DNA from: Clostridiaceae bacterium
GTDB taxonomy: Bacteria > Bacillota > Clostridia > Acetivibrionales > DTU013
NCBI GenBank assembly: GCA_012519745.1
Contig: JAAYPO010000081.1
Location: forward strand, 5,096-69,095
Direction: 5' to 3'
Length of the DNA stretch: 64,000 nt
In this document: piece by piece, positions 38,323 through 49,550 of the stretch
How the letters are laid out: every line of letters starts with the position of its first letter
Numbering within the stretch: the first letter of the stretch is position 1
Position numbers and translations under genes: made by a program
Notes under the pieces: generated by a model
The model's input: the letters and a program-made list of their open reading frames with translations, nothing else
Database searches by the model: none
Told to the model about the DNA's origin: nothing

Positions 38323-38393
38323 TATATTGATTTTCCCGAAAAATTACAAGAAAAAGATATGAAATTTTGCTAAAAATTTCACGATATTTGGAA

Positions 38394-40778
38394 TCACTTC
38401 ATTATGACGATTGTTACACCGGATTCACCTTCACCATATTTCCCAAGTCTGAAGCTCTTTACATGGCGATTGGATCTTAAATATTGATGTACACCGTTTC
38501 TGAGCATGCCCGTACCCTTGCCGTGTACGATAGTGACCTCGGAAAGGCCGGCAATGGCAGCATCATCCAGAAACTTTCCAAGCTCCAGGACAGCCTCCTC
38601 CACATTCATGCCCCTTATGTCGGTCTGAGTCGATATGTGCATCGCCTTGTTCATACCTATCCTGCCGGAGCCGATCTTCTGTATTTCCGCAGCCTGATCA
38701 TCCACCAGCTTCAGGTTTGAAACATGTACGTTTATTTTCATGATGCCGGCCTGTATAATGGCCTCGCCGTCCTTGTCAGGGGGATTCACCACAGTCCCCT
38801 TCTGATTCAGATTGATTATCAGCACACTGTCGCCGGGCTTCAGGTTTTCAGGCGGCTTAACGAAGCCCTTTCTTGGCATAAGGTTCTCTGACAAAGAGCT
38901 TTCAAGCTCTCCGATGCTGTTCCTTAACCTGGCTCTTACCTCCATTGCCGCCTTGTTCTGCAGTATTTCATCCTGCTCTTTTGCCGCACGCTTCATCTCC
39001 TCGAGCATGCTCTCGGTGTCCTGCTTCGCGTTGAGCAGGATCCTTCTGGCCTCTTCCCTTGCTTCCCGCAGCAGCCTTTCCTTCTGCGTGTGCAGCTTTT
39101 GCTTTTGCTGCTCCAGTTCCTTTTTCAGCCCTTCGATCTCCAGCCTGTAGCTTTCAGCCTGCAGTCTCTCCTTCTCTGATTCGCTGCGGTTTTTCTCTAT
39201 CTTCATCAATACATCTTCAAACTGTATCTCTTCACCTGATAAAAATTCCCTTGCTCTGTCAAGTATCTCCTCCTGCAGCCCCAGCCTCTTTGAAATGGCG
39301 AATGCATTACTTTTTCCCGGCACACCGATCAACAGGTTATACGTCGGTCTCAGTGTCTCAACATCAAATTCACAGCATGCGTTTTCAACACCTTCAGTAG
39401 TCAGCGCATACACCTTGAGTTCACTATAATGAGTGGTAGCTACAGTGATCGCTCCTGTGTCGTGCAGATTTTCCAGTATAGACATTGCCAGTGCCGCGCC
39501 CTCTGTAGGGTCAGTCCCGGCTCCCAGCTCGTCAAAGAGCACCAGGGACCTGTCATCAGCTTCAGACAATATCTTTACAATGTTCTTCATATGTGATGAA
39601 AATGTGCTCAGACTCTGCTCAATGCTCTGCTCATCACCTATATCGGCGAAAATATCGTGGAATATGCTCAGCTCAGTTCCCTCCGCCGCTGGAACGTGGA
39701 GACCGGCCTGAGCCATCAGTGTAAACAGGCCGACTGTCTTGAGGGTCACTGTCTTACCACCGGTATTTGGCCCTGTGACGACAAGTGTATTGAAGCTTTC
39801 GCCTGCCCAGAGGTCTATAGGCACCACGGTCTTGCTGTCCAGCAGAGGGTGCCTGCCTTTCTTTATCTTGATCCTCTTCTCATCATTGAGCCTGGGACAG
39901 ACGCAATTGTAATCAAGACTGAGCTTTGCCTTGGCAAAAGCAAAATCAAGGGCCGCAAATATTGACATGTTGATCTTCAAAGGCTCAACTATTTCTGCCA
40001 CATCCGATGTCAATTCATGCAAAATACGCTCTATTTCGATCTGCTCCTTAATCTTCAGCTGCTTGATGTTATTATTGGCCTCTACCACAGCCATGGGCTC
40101 AACGTAGACCGTAGCGCCGCTGGCTGACGAATCATGCACCAGCCCAGGAACTTCGTTCCTGCATTCGGCCTTGACCGGCACTACATACCTGTCCCCCCTT
40201 ATGGTCACAAGGGATTCCTGCATAAGCTTCTGATACTTGGAGGAATGTATCATCGAATTGAGCTTTTCCTTGATGGAGTTCTGATGCTCCTTGATCTGCC
40301 TTCTGATGTTTGCCAGGGTATTGCTGGCACTATCGGCAATCTCCTCTTCACTCGCTATTGCAAGATTAATCTTGTCCTCGATACGCTTATTGGAGGTCAG
40401 ACCGGCGATCAGCTCTCCTATGTGATCGTTGGCCTCATTTTCTTCAGAGCTCACGGCAGATGAATAGTTCTTCAGGTTTCTTGCTGTCCGCAGAGTATCA
40501 GAGACCCTTAGCAGTTCGCCGGGAGTGAGCATCGAGCCGATCTCGACCCTTTTCAGACTGCTCCTTATATCATGCAGCCCTCCCAGGGGCGGATTCCCTC
40601 TTCGCAGTATAAAATCCACTGCGTGAGTGGTTTCTCTCAGCATCCTTTCGACCACAGAGTACTGTCTTTCGGGAACGACTTCTTCTGCCAGTTCCTTTCC
40701 CAGCTCCGAGGCACATAAGCTTTTAAGTCTGTTGATTATCTTGTCGAATTCCAGTATTCGAAGCGTTCTCTCATCCAT
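38394..40778 (-). CDS. mutS2: Endonuclease MutS2 (MutS domains plus C-terminal Smr)
   Basis: Walker A GPNTGGKT, DELGAGTDP, a coiled-coil region and a C-terminal Smr domain (..DIRGMNVEEA...VTIVHGKGTG.L). Confidence 0.93.
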   Translation of the reverse strand: MDERTLRILEFDKIINRLKSLCASELGKELAEEVVPERQYSVVERMLRETTHAVDFILRRGNPPLGGLHDIRSSLKRVEIGSMLTPGELLRVSDTLRTARNLKNYSSAVSSEENEANDHIGELIAGLTSNKRIEDKINLAIASEEEIADSASNTLANIRRQIKEHQNSIKEKLNSMIHSSKYQKLMQESLVTIRGDRYVVPVKAECRNEVPGLVHDSSASGATVYVEPMAVVEANNNIKQLKIKEQIEIERILHELTSDVAEIVEPLKINMSIFAALDFAFAKAKLSLDYNCVCPRLNDEKRIKIKKGRHPLLDSKTVVPIDLWAGESFNTLVVTGPNTGGKTVTLKTVGLFTLMAQAGLHVPAAEGTELSIFHDIFADIGDEQSIEQSLSTFSSHMKNIVKILSEADDRSLVLFDELGAGTDPTEGAALAMSILENLHDTGAITVATTHYSELKVYALTTEGVENACCEFDVETLRPTYNLLIGVPGKSNAFAISKRLGLQEEILDRAREFLSGEEIQFEDVLMKIEKNRSESEKERLQAESYRLEIEGLKKELEQQKQKLHTQKERLLREAREEARRILLNAKQDTESMLEEMKRAAKEQDEILQNKAAMEVRARLRNSIGELESSLSENLMPRKGFVKPPENLKPGDSVLIINLNQKGTVVNPPDKDGEAIIQAGIMKINVHVSNLKLVDDQAAEIQKIGSGRIGMNKAMHISTQTDIRGMNVEEAVLELGKFLDDAAIAGLSEVTIVHGKGTGMLRNGVHQYLRSNRHVKSFRLGKYGEGESGVTIVIMK

Positions 40779-40795
40779 CTGCCCAATATACCATC

Positions 40796-41308
40796 CTATC
40801 TGAATTTTCTCATGAGTTTGTTTCTATAATAATCGATAAACAGCGTATACACATAATCGTATATGAAGAAAACCACCTCTGCAGCAATGACCAGCAGCCA
40901 TATAGGGAGGGCAACTGACAGCTCAGGCATAAAAAGGCCGCTGAAGCCCGCAATGGAGATTGCTGCGTTAGCATTGAAATACACGAATTTCAATATATAT
41001 TCTAATGCTAAACGGTTCAACCTTTCAATGTAAAATTTGACTATACCATATAATCCGAAGAATACGACATAAGGGATCACACCGAGCTTATCCGGAAGGA
41101 CGATAAATGAAATAAGGCAGGTGGCTGCATAAAAGATCCACCCTGCCTTGATGCCGTTTTCCATTATTGATATTGAAACAAAAAAGGAGCTTAGCGCATA
41201 TAGCGAGATCCTGTTGGTCGGAAGTATATTCGCCAGCAGCAGGCATATCACCGCAAGCGCCCCTAAAATACCGTTCAGGGCCAGTCGTTTTGCTTTTGGG
41301 GAACCCAT
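40796..41308 (-). CDS. Hypothetical integral membrane protein
   Basis: 170 aa with 5 predicted hydrophobic helices. I recognise no family. Confidence 0.6.
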   Translation of the reverse strand: MGSPKAKRLALNGILGALAVICLLLANILPTNRISLYALSSFFVSISIMENGIKAGWIFYAATCLISFIVLPDKLGVIPYVVFFGLYGIVKFYIERLNRLALEYILKFVYFNANAAISIAGFSGLFMPELSVALPIWLLVIAAEVVFFIYDYVYTLFIDYYRNKLMRKFR

Positions 41309-41372
41309 TTCCTATCCTCCCATAAATAGTACATCCGCGCCTCAGTAATCCATCTGCACTAACAGCCTCATA

Positions 41373-41984
41373 TCAGCAGCAGCCGATAAGGTCTCCGCCT
41401 GCACATTCACAGCAGCAGTCGGAACACCAGAGACATTGGCAAATGGTACACAGATCCGGTTCAAGCCTGTTATATCCCCTGTTGAATGAACTGGTCCTGT
41501 AAGCGCTGTTGGAGGCATTCATCCTGTTCAGTGCGCTTCTGTATTCATAATTGGAGGGATCCATATTCACCGCTCTCTGGATATGCGTATATGCTTCATC
41601 ATACCAGCCCTTGCGCATGAATATCAAGCCTTTGAGATAATACCACTCCGCAGGTCTGCTGCCGCTATTGTCCAGCATGTCCTCTGCTGTATCCACACGC
41701 CCGTTGTTTATATGTGATTTCACCTGGTTGAAATAGTCACTGCTGCCCCAATTCCCGCTTCTGCTGTTTCTGGCATATGAAGCATCCTGCCTCTGCGCCG
41801 CATTTTTCATAAGGTAGTCATATGCTTCATTGATCTCCCGCAGCTTCTCCTCAGCCAGCTTGGACAACGGATTATCCTGGTACTGATCGGGATGATACTT
41901 CTTGACCATTTCCCTATATGCTCTTTTTATTTCATCTTCGCTTGCGCCCTCTCTAATCCCTAAAACATCATACGGATTTTTCAA
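41373..41984 (-). CDS. J-domain protein with a TPR-like region and a Cys-rich C-terminal tail
   Basis: J domain [29 protein letters not shown]. The C-terminus is [25 protein letters not shown]. Confidence 0.8.
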   Translation of the reverse strand: MKNPYDVLGIREGASEDEIKRAYREMVKKYHPDQYQDNPLSKLAEEKLREINEAYDYLMKNAAQRQDASYARNSRSGNWGSSDYFNQVKSHINNGRVDTAEDMLDNSGSRPAEWYYLKGLIFMRKGWYDEAYTHIQRAVNMDPSNYEYRSALNRMNASNSAYRTSSFNRGYNRLEPDLCTICQCLWCSDCCCECAGGDLIGCC

Positions 41985-42855
41985 TTTTACCGCAACTCCC
42001 TACTTCAAGAATTTTTTCAGTTTTTCTGAGCATTCCCAAATAGATTATATTTTCCAATATATCTTTGTTCATCTTGATATCAAGAAGCTCAAAAGCCCTT
42101 GATATTTCATTGAGCGAATACGTCAGATTGAATTCCACCCTGTCTCGTATCTGCTCCCTGAATTCTCCCAGATCCTGTCCTTCATACCGGTATTGGTATA
42201 TGAGCGGATTGTAGCTGCCCTTCTTTATGTCCTTTTCAAGATCATCATATGCGTCCAGCAGATATATCCACTTCCCAAGGTTATATCCTGTCCATCTCAA
42301 AATTTTCTCAGTCTTTTCATCCGTGCAAAGAGGTCCATATGCCATGACCTCCTCCATCAGCTTTGCAAAAGGCTCGGCGGCCATATCCATCGAAGCACAC
42401 TTCTCCTTCTCCAGCCGCACCAGCTCAGCCAGATGCTCCTGCATTGCGGCACATTTCCTCTCATATTTCCTCCTGAGCCTGTTAAAGGACTTCTTGAGCA
42501 TTATGAGCGCTGAAGCCGAAACAAAGGATCCCTCGTCACGTTTTTTATCTTCCAGATTATAATACGCCAGGATGGTATTAATGTCTGAGGCGTATTCAAT
42601 GACGGCATTTTCATCCACCATATGCCTTTTTTCCAGCGGATGCGCCATACACCGCTTCTTCAGGACTGTGATCCTTTCACCTGATGCCGCCGAAAGCAAA
42701 ATGGCCAGAAATGCGGAGTCATAACTGAGCATAAACCGCTTCAGCTGACCCTGCCGTCTGCCGATGGACCTGCAGACTCCGCAGTAATATGCTCTGAAAA
42801 GTTCGTAATCTTTTATTTTCATCTCCGGCTTTTCCGGAACGATATATCCGAACAT
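41968..42855 (-). CDS. Conserved hypothetical protein (DUF5685-like; MFGY...YCGVC N-terminus)
   Basis: [32 protein letters not shown]. My recollection is that this N-terminal pattern defines DUF5685; this is unverified. A 17-nt overlap with the J-domain gene. Confidence 0.6.
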   Translation of the reverse strand: MFGYIVPEKPEMKIKDYELFRAYYCGVCRSIGRRQGQLKRFMLSYDSAFLAILLSAASGERITVLKKRCMAHPLEKRHMVDENAVIEYASDINTILAYYNLEDKKRDEGSFVSASALIMLKKSFNRLRRKYERKCAAMQEHLAELVRLEKEKCASMDMAAEPFAKLMEEVMAYGPLCTDEKTEKILRWTGYNLGKWIYLLDAYDDLEKDIKKGSYNPLIYQYRYEGQDLGEFREQIRDRVEFNLTYSLNEISRAFELLDIKMNKDILENIIYLGMLRKTEKILEVGSCGKIEKSV

Positions 42856-42864
42856 AGGCTCCCT

Positions 42865-43410
42865 TCACTGCTTTTGCCTCTTGATGGACAAATAAGCTCT
42901 GAAATACATAAAGAACGCGAATATCGCAGCTGCAACAGCGATTATGAAAAACAGCTGGTTCAGTGCCAGCCCCAGAATGTTCCACCTTCCGAAGGGCTCA
43001 TCAAACATGAGCATTATGATGGCAAGGTAAAAAATAACCGTTGTCATCTTGCCGTACCAGTTGGCTGAGACCACATAATGATTCTGCTTGTACAGTACCA
43101 GCGCGCCTACACCCATAAGCGCTTCTTTTGCAAGTATGATAAGAACAAGCTCTATAGGTATTATGCCAAGCGAGAATGACAATATCGATACCGCTGTTAT
43201 CTGCATAAGCTTGTCAGCCAGAGGGTCTGCTATCTTGCCCCAGGAAGTGACCAAATTATACTTTCTGGCAATGTAGCCATCCAGAACATCAGTAAGTCCC
43301 CCCACTAAAAACAACACTACAGCTGTAATATAATGACGAGTACTTAGAAAATGAGCAAATACAGGTATTAACAAAAATCGTAATATGGTCAGAATATTTG
43401 GAACGTTCAT
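42865..43410 (-). CDS. pgsA: CDP-diacylglycerol--glycerol-3-phosphate 3-phosphatidyltransferase
   Basis: CDP-alcohol phosphatidyltransferase motif DGYIARKYNLVTSWGKIADPLADK. Confidence 0.88.
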   Translation of the reverse strand: MNVPNILTILRFLLIPVFAHFLSTRHYITAVVLFLVGGLTDVLDGYIARKYNLVTSWGKIADPLADKLMQITAVSILSFSLGIIPIELVLIILAKEALMGVGALVLYKQNHYVVSANWYGKMTTVIFYLAIIMLMFDEPFGRWNILGLALNQLFFIIAVAAAIFAFFMYFRAYLSIKRQKQ

Positions 43411-43482
43411 GGCTCACCACCCATGTTTTTTCTATAGTCTACCATAACTTAACTGCCTTGTACAATCATACGAAAGAACAGA

Positions 43483-43905
43483 TCAAATGTCTTGTACCGA
43501 CCTTTCGATCAGATCATAAAGCTCCGGCATGAATTTTTTGATATTGACAGGCTTCAGCTCCCTGTTCGTCCAGCAGTGCATAGTCTCCCCTTCAGTCAGG
43601 AGCCTTTCTTCGCCTGCCCTGGCCACTTCGTAGTGAAATACCAGCCTTGTGCCTGTATACTCTTTTATGCGGGTCCTGACAACGACTACATCCTCATATC
43701 TGGCAAAACCCTTGAAGCGGCACCTCAGCTCCAGCAGCGGCAGCATGGCCCCCTTCTCCTCTATCATCGAGTACGGCATTCCCATTTTTCTTATAAAATC
43801 AGTCCTTCCGGCCTCGAACCAGACAGCGTAGTTGGAATGGTGCACGACTCCCATCTGATCTGTTTCCGCATATCTCACTACAAATTTTGTCTCTGATACG
43901 AACAT
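43483..43905 (-). CDS. Acyl-CoA thioesterase (4HBT/YbgC family)
   Basis: VRYAETDQMGVVHHSNY hotdog-fold signature. Confidence 0.85.
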   Translation of the reverse strand: MFVSETKFVVRYAETDQMGVVHHSNYAVWFEAGRTDFIRKMGMPYSMIEEKGAMLPLLELRCRFKGFARYEDVVVVRTRIKEYTGTRLVFHYEVARAGEERLLTEGETMHCWTNRELKPVNIKKFMPELYDLIERSVQDI

Positions 43906-44004
43906 TATATCACCTGTATCTTTATAACTATTCTTAAAAAATTAAGCCCGTGTTTTGGATATACACGGGATTAACCTTCTGTACTCGATTTTGGAAAATG
44001 CGCT

Positions 44005-44202
44005 TTAATACCCTTTTTCAATAATGACGCTATGGGCTTCTTCCACTTCTGCCTCCGGAACAAGCACCTCATAATAATTATCATTGTTTTCGTGATTCTT
44101 GCTTATCGGTCTGAGTTTAACGAGAATCCCTTCTTTTGTGAGCAGCTCCTGCAGTGCTGTCGCTATCTCCTTGCTCTGAGCCATGTATACTACTGTCCAC
44201 AT
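44005..44202 (-). CDS. Small hypothetical protein
   Basis: 65 aa ORF with good coding appearance. No family recognised. Confidence 0.45.
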   Translation of the reverse strand: MWTVVYMAQSKEIATALQELLTKEGILVKLRPISKNHENNDNYYEVLVPEAEVEEAHSVIIEKGY

Positions 44203-44224
44203 TCAAAACACGCCCCTTTTTGGA

Positions 44225-44590
44225 CTATTCCCCAGAAATGACTTCACCATGGCGGCATAGTATTCTAGATTTCCCCCTCACTTTTATGGCGGAAGTATTC
44301 TCTGTAAACTGAGCTAGTAAAACCTCACCCTTATCAAGTTTTTCTGTGTGATGGAATTTGGTATCCCTGCCTCTGGTAAGGCCTATAACATTTACTCCGT
44401 TCTCTTCTGCTCTGATCACTACATATTCTCCAAGTATCTTGTCTGATTCCTGATCCAATAAAACCACCTCGAAATAACTATATATTATTTCATTTGAAAA
44501 ATCAACACAATTTGTCCTGATAAATGGTAAAAGCCCCTGTATCAAACACTTTAGTGCTTTATCACTGTTTTTGCACAGGCTTAGAGACAA
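44225..44590 (-). CDS. Hypothetical protein; start uncertain (overlaps the dnaE 3' end)
   Basis: 121 aa ORF. No family recognised. Confidence 0.4.
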   Translation of the reverse strand: MSLSLCKNSDKALKCLIQGLLPFIRTNCVDFSNEIIYSYFEVVLLDQESDKILGEYVVIRAEENGVNVIGLTRGRDTKFHHTEKLDKGEVLLAQFTENTSAIKVRGKSRILCRHGEVISGE

Positions 44591-47500
44591 TTTTCACATT
44601 ATCTTCACCAAAACGTTCAATCAGTTCTCTTTGCAGTGTTTCACACAGTTCAGCCCGATATTCTCCAATTTTGGATCTGGAAACATTTCCCACGCTATCC
44701 GAGCTGCAGAAGATGACAGGAGTCGTTCCATTGAAGTATTGCAATAGGGAAATAACCGATCTCATCATTTCACTGTCTGCTGCAGCATTTGTCTTAATAT
44801 AAACCTTGGCATCATGCCCTTTTTTACCATTGATCAAGGCAGCGGCCTTGTCGATCCCAGCTTGTGCTCCTGCATTCTTCTTTTGGATCATCCTGACACT
44901 ATCACATAGTATTTTGGGCTGTTCTTCTTCTTTTATACTGATACGGCCATCGATAAATACGGCATTTTCGTTGACAAGCAGTTCCTTAAACCTCTTTAGC
45001 ACCGCAGGGAACACGATCACCTCCATGCTGCCGTACAGATCCTCGATAGTCACAAAGGCCATCAGGTTATTGCTTTTTGTGGTTTTTGCCTTTATCTCGG
45101 TTATGATCCCTCCCACAGTCACCATAATGCCGTCGGAAATGCTTTTGGAGCCGGCTTCGGCCATGCTGCCGCCTGCTTCTTCAATACCGGCTGCATTCAG
45201 ATCCGAGCTGTTGATGGTAGCCTGCTCAAGTATTTCCTCTTCGAATTCTTTCAGCGGATGACCTGATACGTATAATCCCAGCATTTCCTTTTCCATTGCA
45301 AGAAGCATCTTCGCAGAAAACTCTTTGAGTTCGGGGTAGTGCTCCTCCAGTTTTATTGTCTGCGCCCTTCCGGGAAATTCAAACAGTGAAAGCTGCCCCT
45401 CCACCTTGCTCTTTTTGTTCTGCTGGGCGCTGTCCAGCAGGCGCTCATATACTGCCATCATCCTTGACCTGTAAACACCCAGTGAATCGAATGCACCGCA
45501 CTTGATCAGACTTTCGACACACCTTTTGTTGAAATCCCTTCCTCCGATCCGTTCGCAAAAATCACCGAAGCTCGTAAAGGGTCCCCCTTCACTTCTTTCC
45601 TGTATCAATTCCCTGACCGCATTCTCGCCCACATTCTTTACAGCGGCCATTCCAAATCTGATCTTTCCATTGACCACGGTAAATCTTATATCACTTTCGT
45701 TCACATCAGGCGGCAGCACTTCTATTCCTGCTTGCTTGCACTCATGGACATAATAGGAGACCTTGCTGCTGCTTCCGAGGAAGCTGTTGAGAGATGCAGC
45801 CATAAATTCCACCGGATAGTAGAGCTTCAGCCAGGCAGTCTGATATGCGACCACGGCATATGCTGCGGCGTGAGACTTGTTGAATGCATAACTGGCAAAG
45901 TCCATCATCTGGTCGAATATTCTGTTTGCGGTCCTTTCATCGACGCCGTTCCTGACAGCGCCCTTTACAATGATATTGCCGGTCTCATCAACTATCCCGT
46001 GGATAAAATTCTCTCTTTCCTTTAGCATGACATCGTGCTTTTTCTTTGACATGGCCCGGCGCACAAGGTCAGAGCGGCCGTAGGAGTAGCCTGCCAAATC
46101 CCGGACGATCTGCATGACCTGCTCCTGGTAAACCATGCAGCCGTAAGTCACATCCAATATGTCTTCCAGCAGCGGATGCTCATATGTTATCTCCTCAGGA
46201 TTGTTTTTGTTCCTTATGTATTTTGGTATGGAATCCATCGGACCCGGCCTGTAAAGGGATATCCCGGCTATGACATCCTCCAGTGACGCGGGCTGGAGCT
46301 CCTTCATGAACTGGGTCATACCTGCGCTCTCCAACTGGAATATCCCCGATGTCTTACCCTCTCCTATCAATGTGAACACTGCGGGATCATCCATATCCAG
46401 CTTGTCGATATCTATCCTGCTGCCGTGGTTCTTATATATAAGGTCTGCAGCATCCCTGATGACGGTCAGCGTACGAAGGCCCAGAAAATCCATTTTCAAC
46501 AGTCCAAGCTCCTCCAGCAGTCCCATGGTGAACTGGGTCGTGACACTTTCATCATTCTTCTGCAGCGGCACATATTCCGTGACCGGCTCCTTTGATATCA
46601 CGACTCCCGCAGCATGGGTGCTGGCATGTCTTGGCATACCCTCAAGGAGCTTTGCCGTATCTATCAGCTCAGCCGCCTTTTCATCCTCGTCATATCTGGA
46701 CCTGAGCTCCGGATTGATCTCCAGCGCTTTATCTATATTCATCCCGATCTGGAAGGGGATCATTTTCGCTATCTGATCCACCTCGGCATACGGTATATCC
46801 AGTGCTCTGCCCACGTCCCTTATTACGGCTCTTGCTGCCATAGTCCCGAATGTGATGATCTGGGCCACTCTGTCCTTGCCGTATTTGCGCACAACATAAT
46901 CTATGACCTCCTGCCTTCTCTCATAGCAGAAGTCGATATCTATATCAGGCATCGTGACTCTCTCCGGATTGAGGAACCTTTCAAAAAGCAGATTGTATCT
47001 CATGGGGTCGATGCTGGTGATACCCAGGGAGTATGCCACCAGGCTCCCTGCTGCAGATCCCCTGCCGGGGCCCACCCGGATGCCGTTATCTCTGGCATAT
47101 TTGATAAAATCCCATACGATGAGGAAATAGTCCACATACCCCATCTGCTTTATGACCGAAAGCTCGTAATCGAGTCTTCGGCGGTACTCCGGATTTGCGG
47201 CTTCAGCTTCATAGCGCCACTTGAGACCATCCTCACACAGGCTGCATAAATATTCAAAGGGTTCGCTGCCGGCAGGAACATCGAATTTGGGAAGGTGAAG
47301 CTGGTTGAAATCCAGTTCAACATTGCAGCTTTCGGCTATCCTTACCGTGTTTTCTATGGCCTCGGGCACATTTCTGAAGGCCTGGGCCATTTCCTCCGGC
47401 GATTTGATATAAAACTCATCCGAGTTGAATTTCATACGGTCTTCATCGGTGATCTTCCTGCCCGTCTGGATACATAGCAGAACCTCATGGGCCCTGGCGT

Positions 47501-48140
47501 CACTGCGCCTGAGATAGTGGGCGTCATTTGTGGCGACCAGCGGTATACCCGTTTCCTTCGATAGCTTTATCAGGTTCTGGTTTACCAGATTTTGCTCTTC
47601 CATCCCGTTATTCTGCAGTTCAAGGTAAAAAAAGCCCTGTCCGAATATATCATTGAGCTCCAGTGCCTTCTCCCTGGCTCTGATGTAGCTCCCTTCCAAT
47701 ATTGCCCTGGGCACATCGCCGGATAAGCATGCACTGAGAGCGGTTATTCCCTTCGAATATTTCCGGAGCACCTCCATATCGATCCTGGGTTTGTAATAAA
47801 AGCCCTCCGTGAAGCCTGCGGACACGATCTTCATAAGGTTCCTGTAGCCTTCATTGTCCCTGGCAAGCAGCACCAAATGGCCCTGGTCGGCATCCCGGCC
47901 GGGCTGCTTGTCAAAACGTGAGCGCTTTGCCGTGTAGACCTCGCACCCCAAAATGGGCTTTATGCCTTTTTTGACCGCTGTTTTATAGAAATCTACCACA
48001 CCGTACATCACACCGTGATCGGTGATGGCAATACTGTCCATCTCAAGCTCCGCAGCCCGCGATATCAAATCATGTATCCGGTTGGCACCGTCCAGCAGAC
48101 TGTATTCGGTATGGACATGCAAATGCACAAACCCAGCCAT
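44562..48140 (-). CDS. dnaE: DNA polymerase III alpha subunit (DnaE type)
   Basis: PHP domain [15 protein letters not shown] plus polymerase core and OB-fold regions. GGGAGG lies 6 nt upstream of the ATG at 48140. The track ORF starts at the GTG at 48161. Confidence 0.95.
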   Translation of the reverse strand: MAGFVHLHVHTEYSLLDGANRIHDLISRAAELEMDSIAITDHGVMYGVVDFYKTAVKKGIKPILGCEVYTAKRSRFDKQPGRDADQGHLVLLARDNEGYRNLMKIVSAGFTEGFYYKPRIDMEVLRKYSKGITALSACLSGDVPRAILEGSYIRAREKALELNDIFGQGFFYLELQNNGMEEQNLVNQNLIKLSKETGIPLVATNDAHYLRRSDARAHEVLLCIQTGRKITDEDRMKFNSDEFYIKSPEEMAQAFRNVPEAIENTVRIAESCNVELDFNQLHLPKFDVPAGSEPFEYLCSLCEDGLKWRYEAEAANPEYRRRLDYELSVIKQMGYVDYFLIVWDFIKYARDNGIRVGPGRGSAAGSLVAYSLGITSIDPMRYNLLFERFLNPERVTMPDIDIDFCYERRQEVIDYVVRKYGKDRVAQIITFGTMAARAVIRDVGRALDIPYAEVDQIAKMIPFQIGMNIDKALEINPELRSRYDEDEKAAELIDTAKLLEGMPRHASTHAAGVVISKEPVTEYVPLQKNDESVTTQFTMGLLEELGLLKMDFLGLRTLTVIRDAADLIYKNHGSRIDIDKLDMDDPAVFTLIGEGKTSGIFQLESAGMTQFMKELQPASLEDVIAGISLYRPGPMDSIPKYIRNKNNPEEITYEHPLLEDILDVTYGCMVYQEQVMQIVRDLAGYSYGRSDLVRRAMSKKKHDVMLKERENFIHGIVDETGNIIVKGAVRNGVDERTANRIFDQMMDFASYAFNKSHAAAYAVVAYQTAWLKLYYPVEFMAASLNSFLGSSSKVSYYVHECKQAGIEVLPPDVNESDIRFTVVNGKIRFGMAAVKNVGENAVRELIQERSEGGPFTSFGDFCERIGGRDFNKRCVESLIKCGAFDSLGVYRSRMMAVYERLLDSAQQNKKSKVEGQLSLFEFPGRAQTIKLEEHYPELKEFSAKMLLAMEKEMLGLYVSGHPLKEFEEEILEQATINSSDLNAAGIEEAGGSMAEAGSKSISDGIMVTVGGIITEIKAKTTKSNNLMAFVTIEDLYGSMEVIVFPAVLKRFKELLVNENAVFIDGRISIKEEEQPKILCDSVRMIQKKNAGAQAGIDKAAALINGKKGHDAKVYIKTNAAADSEMMRSVISLLQYFNGTTPVIFCSSDSVGNVSRSKIGEYRAELCETLQRELIERFGEDNVKIVSKPVQKQ

Positions 48141-48309
48141 ATCATCCTCCCATTGGGACACTCTTCGTCATCAGAGACATACTCCCTGCAGAAGAGTGTC
48201 CCATTACATCTGACGACACTCTTCATCATCAGAGACTTCAGGGACATTTCTCCTCAACCAAAGACCAGCTTCATGCACAGAAGTGCCCTGTACCTTTGCC
48301 CCCTCACCA

Positions 48310-49374
48310 TTATACCTCACAACTGTTGATAATGAAAATGCTTGCCTGCTCAGAAAGGTCGATTTCCCTTGGCAATGCCAGACGCTGCATTTTTTCGTCA
48401 TATACTATGCGCACCAAAGGTCTGGTAGGCATTTTCATGTTTTCCCTGACAACAATGGCTCGCTCCTTTGTATTGAGCAGCACACCTGTTCCCACAGGAT
48501 AAACAGTGACATATTTGACGAAGCTCTCCACTACCTTGGGATCGAAATGATATATGCCCAGAGAAGTGATATATTCGTATACTTCATGAGGCTTTAGCTT
48601 CTTCCTGTAGACACGGTCCGAAGTCAAAGCGTCATAGACATCCGCTATCGCCACTATCCTGGCAAAAATCTGTATGTTCTCACTTTTCAAATGCAGGGGA
48701 TATCCGCTGCCGTCATATCTTTCATGATGTCCCAGCGCGATATATGCAGAAGTCATATTCAGTCTGTCACATTTTTTCAGCATATCATATCCCAGTATGG
48801 TATGCTTCTTGATCTCCTCAAACTCATCTACCGTCAGCTGGGAGGGTTTCTTTAAGATCTCCCTGGGTATGCAGAGCTTTCCGATATCATGCATCATAGC
48901 ACCGATCCCCAGCTCCTTGAGTCTTTCCGTATCAAAGCCTAGTCCGATGCCGGTAATAAGTGAAAGGATGCATACATTTACCGAATGCTCGAATGTATAA
49001 TCATCCACCGACTTTATTTCTGTAAGATTATACAGGATATCACCATTGCTGATGAGCTCATCTATGATTTTATTGACCATTGCTTTAACTTTTTCGACTT
49101 CTTCAGTCACAGAAAAATTATAGCCGGTCATCATTTTTTTAACCAGGACCACTGCCTCATTGCGAGTTTCATCATTGACCACATCATTCACTTGGATACC
49201 TTGGGAAATGTCATCCTCCAGATATACTTCAGAAATACCGCGCTTTCTTAGCTGCTCAACATAGCTCTCTCTCAGCTCAACACCCTTTTCAAGCAACACG
49301 CCGCCGTCAGAACTGAATATCGTCCTGGCCAGCTTGATACCTACAGGTATTGAGTCGACACTTACTCTGCGCAT
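48310..49374 (-). CDS. HD-GYP domain protein (putative c-di-GMP phosphodiesterase), stand-alone
   Basis: HSVNV..., MHDIGKL, HHERYDGSGYP, IADVYDALTSDRVYR. Confidence 0.88.
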   Translation of the reverse strand: MRRVSVDSIPVGIKLARTIFSSDGGVLLEKGVELRESYVEQLRKRGISEVYLEDDISQGIQVNDVVNDETRNEAVVLVKKMMTGYNFSVTEEVEKVKAMVNKIIDELISNGDILYNLTEIKSVDDYTFEHSVNVCILSLITGIGLGFDTERLKELGIGAMMHDIGKLCIPREILKKPSQLTVDEFEEIKKHTILGYDMLKKCDRLNMTSAYIALGHHERYDGSGYPLHLKSENIQIFARIVAIADVYDALTSDRVYRKKLKPHEVYEYITSLGIYHFDPKVVESFVKYVTVYPVGTGVLLNTKERAIVVRENMKMPTRPLVRIVYDEKMQRLALPREIDLSEQASIFIINSCEV

Positions 49375-49550
49375 CTTATCCTCCGTTTTATACGTCTTGA
49401 CTTTATATCATATTCGACAAAGTAAGATAAAATCCTTCACATATACGAATAAATGATAAAAAATTATCAAATTTATGAATAAATATTCACGGATCCATCG
49501 TACGGGAAATATGTGATTATTTTGTTAATTTATGGTATTATACTGGTACT

